Shown: positions 33,073 through 43,978, counted from the first letter of the stretch. The stretch: 64,000 bases of DNA from an uncultured Candidatus Saccharimonadales bacterium (GCA_964467655.1 CAYXSN010000005.1:16920-80919); one strand, 5' to 3'. Numbers and translations are program-made. The notes: generated by a model from the sequence alone, not told the origin.

Positions 33073-34528
33073 CCACACTAAGTTTAAGATCATTAGCTTT
33101 GGCACCGGTTTTATCCTGATGGCCTTCGAGCTGGTAGCCGCCCGCCTGCTGGCACCGAGCCTGGGAACTTCTATGTACGTCTGGACCAGCGTGATTGGCA
33201 CCATGATCGCCGCCCTAGCCGTCGGCTACTGGCTAGGTGGCCGGATAGCCGACATCCGCCATCACACCAGCGACATTGCCTGGCTACTCCTACTAGGAGC
33301 TTTAGCCATAACTGTTACCATGGCACTTGCCAGCCCAATCCTCGAACTAGTCACCCGCAATATTCCCGACTCCCGACTACAGGGCGTGATGGCAGCATTA
33401 TTACTGTTTGCCCCCACTAGCCTGGTGCTTGGCATGGTCAGCCCGTATCTAGCAAGACAAGCTTTGAGCTCACTCGAGAAATCAGGCAGCACCGTAGCTT
33501 CGTTGAGTGCTTTTAACTCACTTGGCGGCATCACCGGCACCTTCACCACCGGCTTCATTCTGTTTGATGTAGTTGGTTCACGCACCACGCTCATGGTGCT
33601 CACAGGCTTGGTAGTAGCCTTGAGCTGGTTACTCACACCCCATACCGACACTATCAGACGAGTTGCTGCCACCGTGGGTATCACTATTCTGATTGGGTTA
33701 TACCTACCGACTCGCCCGGGCAATGGCATCGTCGTCCAGCTCGATACCAGCACGGCCCATTACGACATTAGGAACATCAATTACCATGGCATACCAGCCC
33801 GGGGTATTCTCATGGGGCCTTACGGTATCCAATCAGGCGTCGCCAATGATTCGCCCAATGAGCTATTATTTACCTACACCAAGACGATCGCCCGATTAAC
33901 CGCCGCCACACCCAGTCATCATCATATTTTAGTGTTAGGTGGTGGAGGTTACTCGCTACCTGAGTACTTCGGCCGCAATTACCCCGACTCAACCATCGAT
34001 GTCGTCGAAATCGACCCGAAACTCGAAAGCATAGCCGCCAAATATCTCGACTACCAGACTATGCCCAACGTGAGGAGTTATGCCGCCGATGGTCGTCGAT
34101 TTATCGCCCAGGTATCAGCTAGAACCTATGATGTAGTCATAGTGGACGCCTATAGCGATAACTCGGTCCCATTTAGCCTCACTACCCATGAATATGCCCA
34201 AGACCTAGCCCGTATTGTTGCACCTGGAGGCAGCGTGCTCGTCAACTTCATCGGCAATACCAAAGGCTGTCGTCCGTATCTAGCCGCCCTACACCATTCT
34301 TACACCAGCAGTTTATCTCAAAGCCGCTATTTGCCAGCAAGCCACAATGACACAGGTATTTTTCAAAATATCATTGGTATCTTCAGTCCGTCCGACCTTA
34401 GCTGGACCGACCAGGTCAGCGGCGTGCAAAAAGTCGAGCTATCGGGCGGCCAAGACCTGACTGATGATTTTGCACCAGTCGAAAAGCTGTTCCAAAACTG
34501 CATTGCCAGTGCTTACCATAGGTCGTAA
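33065..34528 (+). CDS. Membrane-bound spermidine-synthase-like (PABS fold) protein
   Basis: N-terminal ~7 TM MFS-like region fused to HILVLGGGGYSLPEYF...VVEIDPKL...VVIVDAYSD spermidine synthase/methyltransferase motifs. Confidence 0.65.
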   Translation: MSNHTKFKIISFGTGFILMAFELVAARLLAPSLGTSMYVWTSVIGTMIAALAVGYWLGGRIADIRHHTSDIAWLLLLGALAITVTMALASPILELVTRNIPDSRLQGVMAALLLFAPTSLVLGMVSPYLARQALSSLEKSGSTVASLSAFNSLGGITGTFTTGFILFDVVGSRTTLMVLTGLVVALSWLLTPHTDTIRRVAATVGITILIGLYLPTRPGNGIVVQLDTSTAHYDIRNINYHGIPARGILMGPYGIQSGVANDSPNELLFTYTKTIARLTAATPSHHHILVLGGGGYSLPEYFGRNYPDSTIDVVEIDPKLESIAAKYLDYQTMPNVRSYAADGRRFIAQVSARTYDVVIVDAYSDNSVPFSLTTHEYAQDLARIVAPGGSVLVNFIGNTKGCRPYLAALHHSYTSSLSQSRYLPASHNDTGIFQNIIGIFSPSDLSWTDQVSGVQKVELSGGQDLTDDFAPVEKLFQNCIASAYHRS

Positions 34529-34580
34529 GCCGCACACAATAAGTCCAAGGCTCTTGCCGTACAAATAACGAAAATGTATC

Positions 34581-35948
34581 ATGAGCGGTATGAAGCAACC
34601 GCTGGTATTTGTAGACGTCGAGACGACAGGCGGCCATCCGGCCAGCAGCCGAGTCCTCGAAGTAGCTGCTATTCGGATTGAGGAGGGGAGAGTCACTCGT
34701 ACGTTTCAGTCACTCATCAACCCCGGCACACCGGTACCGGCCAGTATCACCCAACTCACTGGCATCACGACAGCCGATATCACCAGCGCGCCCCAATTTG
34801 GAACAATTGCCGACGAGCTAGCTGAGGTCCTCGAAGATGCAGTGTTTGTGGCTCACAATGTCCACTTCGACCACGGATTCCTCAAAATGGAATTCGACAA
34901 ACTGGGCGCGCGGTTCAGTCCACCCTTATTGTGCACTGTCCGCTTGTCAAGAGCTCTCTACCCGCAGTTTAGGCGGCACAACTTGCAATCAATCATTGAG
35001 CGGCATGGCATTGTCACACCCGACCGGCACCGGGCCCTGGCTGACGCCGATGCCATCTGGCAGTTTTACCAGATTATCATGAGAGATTTTGACCTTGATA
35101 CCATCGAAAACGTACTCAAAAAACAGCTTAAACACCCATCATTACCTAGTAGCCTAAATGAGAAAATTACAGCCAAACTGCCTAGCGGACCTGGCGTCTA
35201 TATCTTTGAAGATGCTCAACGGCAGCCCCTCTATGTCGGCAAAAGCGTCAACATCAGGTCACGGGTACTGTCGCATTTTGCCGATTATCATACCTCAACA
35301 GTTGAGCTCAAAATCAGCCAGCAAATCAGACACATCAGGACCATACCAACCGCGGGTGAACTCAGCGCTCTCCTGCTAGAATCAAGGCTCGTCAAACAGC
35401 TACAACCGCTCTATAACCGGCAGCTGCGACGCAAGCAACCGGTGTGTCGAGCCGTCAGACATTTTGATGAACAAGGGTATATGAGGTTGACCATCGATAA
35501 CTCGGCTATCACACCAGATAGCACCGGGGACGTCATGGCTATTTACGCCACCGCTGGCGCGGCGCGGCGGAGCCTCCACACTACCGCCCGCAATTTTTTG
35601 CTTTGTCCCAAACTGATGGGGCTCGAAAAAGGCTCCGGCGCCTGCTTTCAATACCAGCTCCACAAATGCCATGGCGCCTGTCTGGGAATCGAGACACCAG
35701 CCGCCTATAACCAGCGCTATGAAACCGCCTTTGAGCATCAGCGCCTTCAGGCTTGGCCGTATCCTGGACCTATCACTGTCACCGAGACCAGCCAGGTCAA
35801 CGGCCAACAGCGGCAGCTCAGGATCGACAATTGGTGCCTCATGTCAGCCGCCGATAATGATGCCGCCGTCTTCGACCTCGATACCTACAAAATCTTGCAC
35901 CAATTTTTGGCCAATCCTGCACACCAGCACCAAATAATCCTGTGCTAA
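34581..35948 (+). CDS. DnaQ-like 3'-5' exonuclease fused to GIY-YIG nuclease domain (Cho/UvrC-N-like)
   Basis: DEDDh motifs VFVDVETTG...VAHNVHFDHGFL...HRALADA; then GVYIFEDAQRQPLYVGKSVNIRSRVLSHF GIY-YIG. Confidence 0.7.
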   Translation: MSGMKQPLVFVDVETTGGHPASSRVLEVAAIRIEEGRVTRTFQSLINPGTPVPASITQLTGITTADITSAPQFGTIADELAEVLEDAVFVAHNVHFDHGFLKMEFDKLGARFSPPLLCTVRLSRALYPQFRRHNLQSIIERHGIVTPDRHRALADADAIWQFYQIIMRDFDLDTIENVLKKQLKHPSLPSSLNEKITAKLPSGPGVYIFEDAQRQPLYVGKSVNIRSRVLSHFADYHTSTVELKISQQIRHIRTIPTAGELSALLLESRLVKQLQPLYNRQLRRKQPVCRAVRHFDEQGYMRLTIDNSAITPDSTGDVMAIYATAGAARRSLHTTARNFLLCPKLMGLEKGSGACFQYQLHKCHGACLGIETPAAYNQRYETAFEHQRLQAWPYPGPITVTETSQVNGQQRQLRIDNWCLMSAADNDAAVFDLDTYKILHQFLANPAHQHQIILC

Positions 35949-35949
35949 T

Positions 35950-36429
35950 ATGAATCGTATGAAAACCCAAAATCGTTATGTTATCGCCATCGCAATAATC
36001 ATCATGAGTGGCTTAAGCTTACTAGCCGCATGGGCAGCCATTCAGCCAAAATCACCCGGTGCTTCCCAGCCGACAGCGACACCAACGCCGAACAGTTTAA
36101 CTCGCATCAGCCGAACGGTCACAGGAACTAATTGGCGCTACACCGTCAGCCAAACCTATGAATCAAAATTTAACATTAAGGTGGAATCGGCAACCGACAG
36201 CAACAATAAGCCAGTAGTTAGGATCTCTGGGCAAGGCTGCAATTATCTATCGGCAGAAGTATCGCAGACAAAAGCCGACAACTCGAGTGCCAGCACTCAA
36301 TTAGGTAGTCAAACATACTACTTAAACGGTCCTACCAGTACCCTCATGGCCTGCGTTGATGAGCGCCAAACCTACGACGCGCTGCTCAGCAGTGAAATTA
36401 CCTCGATTTTTCAGTCGCTCGTACCGTAG
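35950..36429 (+). CDS. Secreted hypothetical protein
   Basis: N-terminal TM/signal, 159 aa. Confidence 0.35.
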   Translation: MNRMKTQNRYVIAIAIIIMSGLSLLAAWAAIQPKSPGASQPTATPTPNSLTRISRTVTGTNWRYTVSQTYESKFNIKVESATDSNNKPVVRISGQGCNYLSAEVSQTKADNSSASTQLGSQTYYLNGPTSTLMACVDERQTYDALLSSEITSIFQSLVP

Positions 36430-36443
36430 CAACATGTTGCGCC

Positions 36444-37532
36444 CTAATGGCACGTCCCACTACCGGAGTCACTAAAACTACCCGTCACCGGCAGATACAC
36501 CCAACTATACGTAGCATTCGGCTTCAGGGTTAGTTTCAACACTCCCTGGGTAGCCCCACTATACACGCTGACCAAGTTTTGTGAGTTGCTACCCGTGGCA
36601 CCAAAGGTATTATACAAATTGGTCGTGCCACCGGTACCCACAACAAAACTTATAAAACCACGCGCCGTATCAGCTTGGTTGGTATAAGGATTGATTGGTT
36701 GGAACCTTTGGTAATTATGCTCATGTCCGGCAAACACCAGCTCGCCACCATTGTCGTAAAACATCTTAAGCCAAGGCAAGGTGATGGCCCCCTCGCCATC
36801 GTGCTGAAGACTGTAATCTAAATAAGGCCGATGAGTAAACATAAGGGTACAGGGCCGGGGATTAGCAGTCATATCGGCAGCCAACCAGCTTTGTTGGGCA
36901 GCCGTATTGGCCTCTGAATTCAGGCTATAGAATCGCCAGCTAGTCCCTACATCAAAAGCATAGTAGCCTAAGTTGGCTGGACCGGTCACCGTTTTGCCAT
37001 TCATAGAATTATTGGCTGCCCCAAAGTAGCTGTAGTAGGGAGCAGCACCACTGGAGTTGTATTCATGATTACCTGGCGTCGGATACGTCAAAGATTTAAC
37101 GGCTGGCCGGCCCCAAGTCTTGGTGTAATAGTTGGCAAATTCACTGGCGGTACCCGAATCGTATTGTAAATCACCAAGCGCCAACACATACTGAGGCCGA
37201 ATGGTATTGGCGATAAGATCGGCTGTCTCGAGACCATAGCTTAAGGCAGATGTGGGGTTTTGGATATCGCCGGCGATTGCTACGGTAATATCGCTTGCGC
37301 CATCCGGCCCAAATTTGACGACACTGCCCCCGGAAGCGCCGGTAGCAACTGCCACTAGAGCACCACCGGTAGTAACCCCAGTTTCAGCTTCAAAGGCAGC
37401 TGGTCCGGCCGCCCGAGCTAACACAACCACCACAGCGCCCACGACAGCCGTCGCCGCCACAACGACCAAGGCCGGTTTTTGACGAAAACGAACCTGACGG
37501 CGAAGCTGATGATAGTGCTGACGTATCGGCAT
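36444..37532 (-). CDS. Secreted metallophosphoesterase (purple-acid-phosphatase-like)
   Basis: GDLQYDSG...GNHEY...FTHRPY...GHEHNYQRF motifs; start set to ATG 37532 (MPIRQ) downstream of ppsA stop. Confidence 0.65.
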   Translation of the reverse strand: MPIRQHYHQLRRQVRFRQKPALVVVAATAVVGAVVVVLARAAGPAAFEAETGVTTGGALVAVATGASGGSVVKFGPDGASDITVAIAGDIQNPTSALSYGLETADLIANTIRPQYVLALGDLQYDSGTASEFANYYTKTWGRPAVKSLTYPTPGNHEYNSSGAAPYYSYFGAANNSMNGKTVTGPANLGYYAFDVGTSWRFYSLNSEANTAAQQSWLAADMTANPRPCTLMFTHRPYLDYSLQHDGEGAITLPWLKMFYDNGGELVFAGHEHNYQRFQPINPYTNQADTARGFISFVVGTGGTTNLYNTFGATGSNSQNLVSVYSGATQGVLKLTLKPNATYSWVYLPVTGSFSDSGSGTCH

Positions 37533-37548
37533 GTGACACCTCGACGAA

Positions 37549-39912
37549 CTAGCGACCGAGAGAAACTTCAGTTTGTTTAAGGTCGATAGTGGTCTTGATG
37601 ATGGTATCTGGAGCCAGCGATATGCTATCGATACCACACTGCACCAGGAAACGGGCAAATTCGGGATAATCAGACGGCGCTTGACCACAAAGCCCGATCT
37701 TCACACCCTTGGCTTTGGCGATTTTGATGACATGATCAATGAGCGACTTAACTGCCAGATTGTTCTCGTCGTACACATGCGCCACGGTATGGTTGTCACG
37801 ATCGACACCTAACGTCAACTGGGTCAAATCATTGGAGCCAATCGAAAATCCGTCAAACAGTTCCGCAAACTGTTCAGCCAAAATGACGTTGGCCGGAATC
37901 TCAATCATACAATACGCTTGGAAACCGTTCTCGCCACGCTTCAGACCGTTTTCGGCCATAATGTCCAGCACTTTATGAGCTTCATCGAGGCTGCGACAGA
38001 AGGGGATCATGGCCTTGATGTTGGTTAGTCCGTGCTCGTCGCGGGCCTTCTTGAAAGCCTTACACTCAAGCGCAAAGGCTTCGCGGTATTCTGGCGAATA
38101 ATAGCGGCTCGCGCCGCGCCAGCCAATCATGGGATTGTTCTCCTGTGGCTCGAATTGCTGACCGCCAATCAACCCCGCATACTCATTGGTCTTAAAATCG
38201 CTAAACCTAATGATCACATCATTGGGGTAAAACGCCGCGCCAATAATACTGATACCTTCACAGAGCTTGTCGATAAAATATTGCGATTTATCTTTGTAAC
38301 CAGCCGTCAGCTCATTGATCTGGTTCCGAACAGCCTTGTCGGTCACTTCGCCAAATTTCAGAAGCGCCAAGGGATGAACCTTGATATGGGAGTCAATGAT
38401 AAACTCCTCTCGGGCCAAACCAACACCATCGTTGGGAATATGCGAATAGGCAAAAGCGTGGTCAGGAGAACCGATGTTCATCATGATTTTGGTTTTAGGT
38501 CGTTCCAGGTTGGTAATATCTGTCCGTTTCACCTTAAACTCAAGCTTACCGGCATATACGTAGCCTTCGTCACCCTCGGCGCAACTCACGGTAATAGGTG
38601 CCTTGTCGACAATCTTAGCTGTGGCGTCACCAGTACCAACCACACAGGGGATACCCAGTTCCCGCGACACAATCGCCGCGTGGCAAGTCCGGCCACCTTT
38701 GTCGGTCACGATAGCGGCAGCCATCTTCATGATTGGCACCCAGTCGGGATCAGTCATCTCTGTTACCAGAACGTCTCCGGGCCGGAACGAACTAATGTCT
38801 TTGAGATCAACGATTTTGCTCGCTTTGCCAGCCCCGATTTTATTACCCACACTGGTACCTTTCACGAGCTGGTTACCCTTACCGACAAGCTGATATTCTT
38901 CGATAACATGAACATCCTTGCGCGACTCAACTGTCTCGCCGCGAGCCTGCACGATATACAGCTGGTTGTCGTCTTCATCTAAGGCCCATTCAATATCCAT
39001 AGGGTGACCATAATGCTTTTCAATCTCGATACCCCAGGCCGCGAGCGTTTTGACCTGTTCATCAGTGATAGCGTATTTGTCGCGCTCAGATTTGGGCACC
39101 GGCAAATTCTTGGTCTTTGAGCCCACGACAGGAACCATCCGCTCCTGCTTGGCGCCTAGGCGTTTCTTGAGAATAGCCATGGTTGGCTTAAAAACAGTAA
39201 ACTCATCGGGGCTGACGCGACCCTGCACGATGTTTTCACCCAAGCCGTAAATCGAAGTTACTACCACGGCATTTTTGAAGCCCGATTCGGTATCAATCGT
39301 AAACATGACACCGGCAGCTTTGGAACGCACGGCCACCATCTGTTGGATACCCACCGACAGAGCCACGCTCATGTGATCAAACCCATTTTCTACCCGATAA
39401 ACGATCGCCCTATCAGTAAAGAGTGATGCAATGCAGGCCTTGGTGGCGTGCAGCACCTCGTGCTCGCCTGAGATATTCAGGAATGTCTCTTGCTGACCGG
39501 CAAACGAAGCGTTGGGCAAGTCTTCAGCCGTAGCCGATGAGCGCACCGCCACCACTAGATCTTGGTGACCGCATATTTTGCTCAGTTCTTGGTATCCCTG
39601 CTTAATCTCGGATTCAAAATCCTCAGGCAGTGCCGAATTCATGATGGCGGAGCGAATTTTGGCCCCGCGCCGCCCAAGGTCAGCTACATCCTTGACATCG
39701 AGCCCCTCAAGAAGCGTCCTGATTTTGGCGTCAACACCTGAGCTTTTGAGAAAATAACGGTAAGCATCGGCCGTAGTCGCCAATCCGTTAGGCAGTTTCA
39801 CACCTTTTGGTGCCAAGTACTTCACCATCTCGCCGAGCGAAGCATTTTTACCACCGACTTGAGGAATATCGGTCAGCGAGACGTCTTTGAAGAACTTTAT
39901 GTGGCGGTACAT
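37549..39912 (-). CDS. ppsA: Phosphoenolpyruvate synthase (pyruvate, water dikinase)
   Basis: 787 aa; N-terminal ATP-grasp, central phospho-His domain (GGRTCHAAIVSRELGIPCVVG), C-terminal PEP-utilising TIM barrel. Confidence 0.85.
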   Translation of the reverse strand: MYRHIKFFKDVSLTDIPQVGGKNASLGEMVKYLAPKGVKLPNGLATTADAYRYFLKSSGVDAKIRTLLEGLDVKDVADLGRRGAKIRSAIMNSALPEDFESEIKQGYQELSKICGHQDLVVAVRSSATAEDLPNASFAGQQETFLNISGEHEVLHATKACIASLFTDRAIVYRVENGFDHMSVALSVGIQQMVAVRSKAAGVMFTIDTESGFKNAVVVTSIYGLGENIVQGRVSPDEFTVFKPTMAILKKRLGAKQERMVPVVGSKTKNLPVPKSERDKYAITDEQVKTLAAWGIEIEKHYGHPMDIEWALDEDDNQLYIVQARGETVESRKDVHVIEEYQLVGKGNQLVKGTSVGNKIGAGKASKIVDLKDISSFRPGDVLVTEMTDPDWVPIMKMAAAIVTDKGGRTCHAAIVSRELGIPCVVGTGDATAKIVDKAPITVSCAEGDEGYVYAGKLEFKVKRTDITNLERPKTKIMMNIGSPDHAFAYSHIPNDGVGLAREEFIIDSHIKVHPLALLKFGEVTDKAVRNQINELTAGYKDKSQYFIDKLCEGISIIGAAFYPNDVIIRFSDFKTNEYAGLIGGQQFEPQENNPMIGWRGASRYYSPEYREAFALECKAFKKARDEHGLTNIKAMIPFCRSLDEAHKVLDIMAENGLKRGENGFQAYCMIEIPANVILAEQFAELFDGFSIGSNDLTQLTLGVDRDNHTVAHVYDENNLAVKSLIDHVIKIAKAKGVKIGLCGQAPSDYPEFARFLVQCGIDSISLAPDTIIKTTIDLKQTEVSLGR

Positions 39913-40001
39913 GAAAATCCCATAGATTAATGTTCAATACCTATTATAAGCTTAAGCGCGATAAAATAATAGCCGCCATCAGGTTCGTTCACAACGATGT
40001 A

Positions 40002-40388
40002 CTACTTACGCTTGACTCGTTTGGCTACCGGACGCACGGCCATAATGCCGGCTCCAGCCACAGCTACCGCCAAAACAATGCCGGTGAGCATGCCCGAAAA
40101 TACGTGAGCCATCGAGCCGAACCGGGACAATGTCCCCAAACAAACCAGTGTTTCACCGGCTACGATCAGCCATATGAGCCATACCCAACGTTTGCGGTAT
40201 GCCAAATATCCCAGCCAAACCACTGCCGCCGCCAGCAGTCCCACTACCACTAGAATTTTCAAGACGTAGGCGCTTGATGCATCATAAAGTCTTTGAGCCA
40301 GTAGCGTTTGTGCAAGCAGCAACCCATATGCAACCGCCACCTGGGCAACCAACAACTGGAAAAAGGCCTTGAAGGGATTCATGACCAT
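40002..40388 (-). CDS. Small hypothetical membrane protein (4 TM)
   Basis: Hydrophobic helices; preferred over the overlapping + strand ORF 39930..40253. Confidence 0.4.
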   Translation of the reverse strand: MVMNPFKAFFQLLVAQVAVAYGLLLAQTLLAQRLYDASSAYVLKILVVVGLLAAAVVWLGYLAYRKRWVWLIWLIVAGETLVCLGTLSRFGSMAHVFSGMLTGIVLAVAVAGAGIMAVRPVAKRVKRK

Positions 40389-40423
40389 ATGTTACACCAA
40401 ACATAACCGTTTTTATACTCAGT

Positions 40424-41497
40424 CTAGAGAATAAAATTGTGCGATAGCGACTGGGCAAATGCCCGATACGATCGCTTGAAGGGCCGAATGTAGCCTCTCA
40501 AAAGCCCGAGAATCACCATGGATTCTTCGGCGAGTTGCACATATGTAAACAGAAGTAGGCCTGCATCTCGTCGGTGCCACGCACGCAACGGCCACCAGAA
40601 ATAGAGGAGCTGGGGCATCAGCACCAAACAGCTAAGTGCCGTCAGTGGATGGTGACTGGCGCCTGCCAAAAAGCCCACACCGGCCAGAATCGGCATTGGA
40701 AAAACCGGCGGCAGCAATTTATAACGCTGATGAAACTCCAGGTTTCTTGGCCCCCGTTGAAACGGCCTCAGCAGGTATTTCATGAGCGTCATATCAGGAT
40801 CATGGACCATCCGGGCCTCGCGCCGTAGTACAAACCGCTTGTCTGGGAACTGATGGTTAAGTCGCATGCAGATGTCGCGGTCCTCGATGCCAGACATACT
40901 CACATCCCAACCGCCCACAGCTCGCAAAGCATCGGCTCTAAAGGTTCCAGTAGCACCATACAAGACATCGACTGCCATCGATTCTGGCAAGCATGCCGGA
41001 ATTTTGACCTTTGATACTAGGTAGTACCAGAGTCTACTCAGAGGATTGCCACCAAAAGGTTTTACCAGCGCCGACTCCATGCCGGTGGCTGTTTCGTTCA
41101 TGTAGTCTTCCACCAGAGTGCAAGCTTGCCGCGATGGTATGAGAAAACTTCCAACACCCATGATGTCGGGCGACTGATAGCCAGCGGCAATCTGCCGCAA
41201 TAGATCCGGCAACGCCACACAGTCGTCATCAGTAGCCAAAATAATACTACCCTTGGCCAGATCTAAACCCGCATTGCGTGCCGCCGAGATACCCCGATTA
41301 ACCGGTAACCTGACTACCAGAGCCCCGTGAGCCTGCGCCACCTCAGCTGTGTCATCACTCGAACCATCATCAGCCACAATAATCTCAAAACAATCCCCGG
41401 GGTAATCCTGAGATTTGAAAGATTCTATCGTGCGCGCGATCGTCCCCGCACCGTTGTACGTATTGATAATAACCGATATAAATGGCACAGATTTCAT
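40424..41497 (-). CDS. Glycosyltransferase family 2
   Basis: ISVIINTYNGAGTIARTIESF...IIVADDGSSDDT...ATDDDCV GT2 DxD motifs. Confidence 0.75.
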   Translation of the reverse strand: MKSVPFISVIINTYNGAGTIARTIESFKSQDYPGDCFEIIVADDGSSDDTAEVAQAHGALVVRLPVNRGISAARNAGLDLAKGSIILATDDDCVALPDLLRQIAAGYQSPDIMGVGSFLIPSRQACTLVEDYMNETATGMESALVKPFGGNPLSRLWYYLVSKVKIPACLPESMAVDVLYGATGTFRADALRAVGGWDVSMSGIEDRDICMRLNHQFPDKRFVLRREARMVHDPDMTLMKYLLRPFQRGPRNLEFHQRYKLLPPVFPMPILAGVGFLAGASHHPLTALSCLVLMPQLLYFWWPLRAWHRRDAGLLLFTYVQLAEESMVILGLLRGYIRPFKRSYRAFAQSLSHNFIL

Positions 41498-41573
41498 CAC
41501 CGGAGCAGCCACCAACATTGACACTCTTGAATAAGGCCCTTACTATAACAAAACCCAACAGATGTAACAAGTA

Positions 41574-42227
41574 TTGGCTTATCTTATGAGCACTCACGCC
41601 ACTATTGCCCAGAAAATCAGTTCTGCCAAATCGGCTGTATTGCGCCGCTATGCCGACTGGAGAGTTGGTGCTACCCGCGACGAAAAGTTTGTGTACCGTA
41701 CTTCACCCAACGTTCTACTTACGTTTGACGACTATGGTAGTGCCGATCAAATCAAGAGAATCCTCAAGGCTTTGCGCGCCGCCAACGTGAGAGCTATGTT
41801 TTTCCTGCAAGGCGACTGGGCGAGTGAGCACCCAGAACTCGTAACCAGGCTCGAAAGTGCCGGGCATATCATTGGCAATCACACCACCACTCACCCTAAT
41901 TTACTCGAATTGACCGACGAACAAGTGAAGCAGGAGATCTTGGATGGTCCCGACACCGAATTCGTGCGTCCACCTATGGGACGGTACAACCGGCGCATCA
42001 GGAACATTATCCACGGTCTCGGCAAAAAAATTGCCTACTGGAGCATCGACAGTGACGACTGGCAGGGAGTTTCAGGCGAGCAGATCATCGCCAAAGTCTC
42101 AAATGAGCTCCATCAGGGCGCCGTCATTCTCATGCACATTCATGCCGACAACACCATTGCCGTTTTGCCTGAACTGATCAAAACCATTCGTGATCGAGGT
42201 TTTGAGCTCGAACGTTCAGCAAATTAG
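41574..42227 (+). CDS. Polysaccharide deacetylase (NodB homology domain)
   Basis: LLTFDDYGS...GNHTTTHPNL...RPPMGRYN NodB motifs. Confidence 0.75.
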   Translation: MAYLMSTHATIAQKISSAKSAVLRRYADWRVGATRDEKFVYRTSPNVLLTFDDYGSADQIKRILKALRAANVRAMFFLQGDWASEHPELVTRLESAGHIIGNHTTTHPNLLELTDEQVKQEILDGPDTEFVRPPMGRYNRRIRNIIHGLGKKIAYWSIDSDDWQGVSGEQIIAKVSNELHQGAVILMHIHADNTIAVLPELIKTIRDRGFELERSAN

Positions 42228-42323
42228 CATCTCAGTATTGGTGTTTACTAAATAGGGCAGTTTCCGCCTATTTTTTGACCGGCTCGCATACGATACACAA
42301 TTCTTATGCTTAAATGAGAGTAT

Positions 42324-43139
42324 ATGAAACTACCAAAACTCAACCGCAAAGTCATTGTTGTAGGTTTAGGGCTAGCCCTCATCCTGGCTGGCGGAGGCTA
42401 TGCCTACACCCGCACACTCAATCAACCCGACAACCATACCGTCACCCAGCCGTCTACCCAAACTCCCACGCCGACTACCGCCAGCCCGGCGCCACCCAGT
42501 CCCAGCACAACAACAGGCCCAACACCGACTCCTACTACCACACCCCAACCCACTCCCAGTAAATACTTCACGCTCGCAGGCGATGCGACAGCCGATGGGG
42601 TCCAGCTTGACTGGGACGTGGCCGGCTACGACGTCAGCCAAGGATTCAAGCTCGCTATCGACAACTCTACTACCGGGACCTTTAGCAATTTCAAATACCT
42701 CTCGAGCCCAACCGTCAGGTCGGCCCTCTGGAAAGTTGGCGACGGCCAAACCAGGTACTTCAAAATTTGTGGCTACCACAAAGATGCCGGTAATGCAGTC
42801 TCTGGTACCACGGCTTGTTCCAACGTCATCAGTCTCGACACCAACAACGTAGCCGCCGAAACCAGCGGGTCCATCACGCTATTACCCTCAACTTCAAACG
42901 GCGGTTTCCATTGGATCACCGAAGGCTACGCACCCTACGGCTTCAGGCTTGTGTGGGCAGCCCACGCCAACCCCGCCTACCCGGCCGATCAGAGCCAAAG
43001 CTTCCAGCCAGTCTGGAGTAATGCCAGCTCAGGTAGCATTCCAAACACCACCGGTACTTGGTACGTCAAAGCCTGTATGATTACTGCCACCCAAGCCTGT
43101 AGTAATTACTCAGACGAAAAGACGATCACCATACAGTAA
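42324..43139 (+). CDS. Secreted protein with Pro/Thr-rich linker and Ig/FN3-like beta-rich domains
   Basis: N-terminal TM/signal, PT-rich low complexity, repeated beta-strand-like segments. Confidence 0.4.
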   Translation: MKLPKLNRKVIVVGLGLALILAGGGYAYTRTLNQPDNHTVTQPSTQTPTPTTASPAPPSPSTTTGPTPTPTTTPQPTPSKYFTLAGDATADGVQLDWDVAGYDVSQGFKLAIDNSTTGTFSNFKYLSSPTVRSALWKVGDGQTRYFKICGYHKDAGNAVSGTTACSNVISLDTNNVAAETSGSITLLPSTSNGGFHWITEGYAPYGFRLVWAAHANPAYPADQSQSFQPVWSNASSGSIPNTTGTWYVKACMITATQACSNYSDEKTITIQ

Positions 43140-43169
43140 GAACTATTTTATACTGAGCATGACTAGTTA

Positions 43170-43226
43170 TTACCGATAAACTTCCCAGCGATTACCAATC
43201 TTAATAACCTCGATCACCAACGTCAT
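43170..43226 (-). pseudogene. Remnant of relE/parE 3' end (last ~18 codons) fused to TA-promoter-like sequence
   Basis: 43171-43215 is ~93% identical to 45635-45680 (3' end of intact relE); encodes ...VIEVIKIGNRWEVYR* vs intact ...VVEIIKIGNRREVYR*; adjacent 43218-43240 matches operator-like sequence 46157-46180. Confidence 0.5.
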
Positions 43227-43266
43227 AGCGTCAAGACGCTATGCAGACGATGATACCCAACCTATA

Positions 43267-43704
43267 ATGAGCCAACCCACCTGCCAGCCGGCACATCCAT
43301 TCAGGCTAAGCGAATTGGTATATTTCGACAGCAATACCCAAATCAATCAAAGTTTCCGGACAGAGGATTGGGTCTACGCAATCAACGAATACAAATCAGA
43401 TAACCGCCATGGGTCCGAAACAATCGGCCATGCTGATCAAAACTACGACCCAAAAAGCACGAAACCAACATGCAGCATCCTCAAATCATCAGCTAATATG
43501 CCATATCGGCTGTGTCATTGGACCGATTATGACCGCATCAATGTATTTGAGGTTACATTCATTCGATCGGGCACGTTTGTTCGATCAACAATTCCTACTG
43601 ATCTAAACACCGATATTTCAATCACTGAAACCGGTGAGTTTGTGGACTCGTTTAGAGAGAAAAGTACTTTTGGCCTCCCGGTCCTGCGATCAAACGGAGC
43701 TTAG
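43267..43704 (+). CDS. Hypothetical protein
   Basis: 145-aa ORF inside the TA-repeat-bracketed insertion. Confidence 0.3.
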   Translation: MSQPTCQPAHPFRLSELVYFDSNTQINQSFRTEDWVYAINEYKSDNRHGSETIGHADQNYDPKSTKPTCSILKSSANMPYRLCHWTDYDRINVFEVTFIRSGTFVRSTIPTDLNTDISITETGEFVDSFREKSTFGLPVLRSNGA

Positions 43705-43978
43705 CCACAGACGTTAGAACTCCCCGCATGTTCGAACGATCCAATTCAGCTATACTTGCGGATAGCGCTGAGGAGCAGCGCATGCCAAAATAGCTCGTTC
43801 TTGTTAACTCATCAACCACAGCCAAGGAACCAATGACAAGTGAATGGGGTGGCAGCAAGCAGCCATTCAATCGGTCGGTTTCGAATGGGGACTGCCGAAA
43901 TTGGTCTACTTGAAATCACCCCAATGCCAGAAATGTAAACCAGATCAAGATATACGCTAACCACCAGAGGATAATCAA

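Noticed and set aside
39930-40253. + strand 107-aa ORF (39930..40253) overlapping the minus-strand membrane protein
   Set aside because: It has His/Gln/Arg-rich low-complexity translation. The opposite-strand ORF encodes clean TM helices and fits the operon direction with the GT2 gene.
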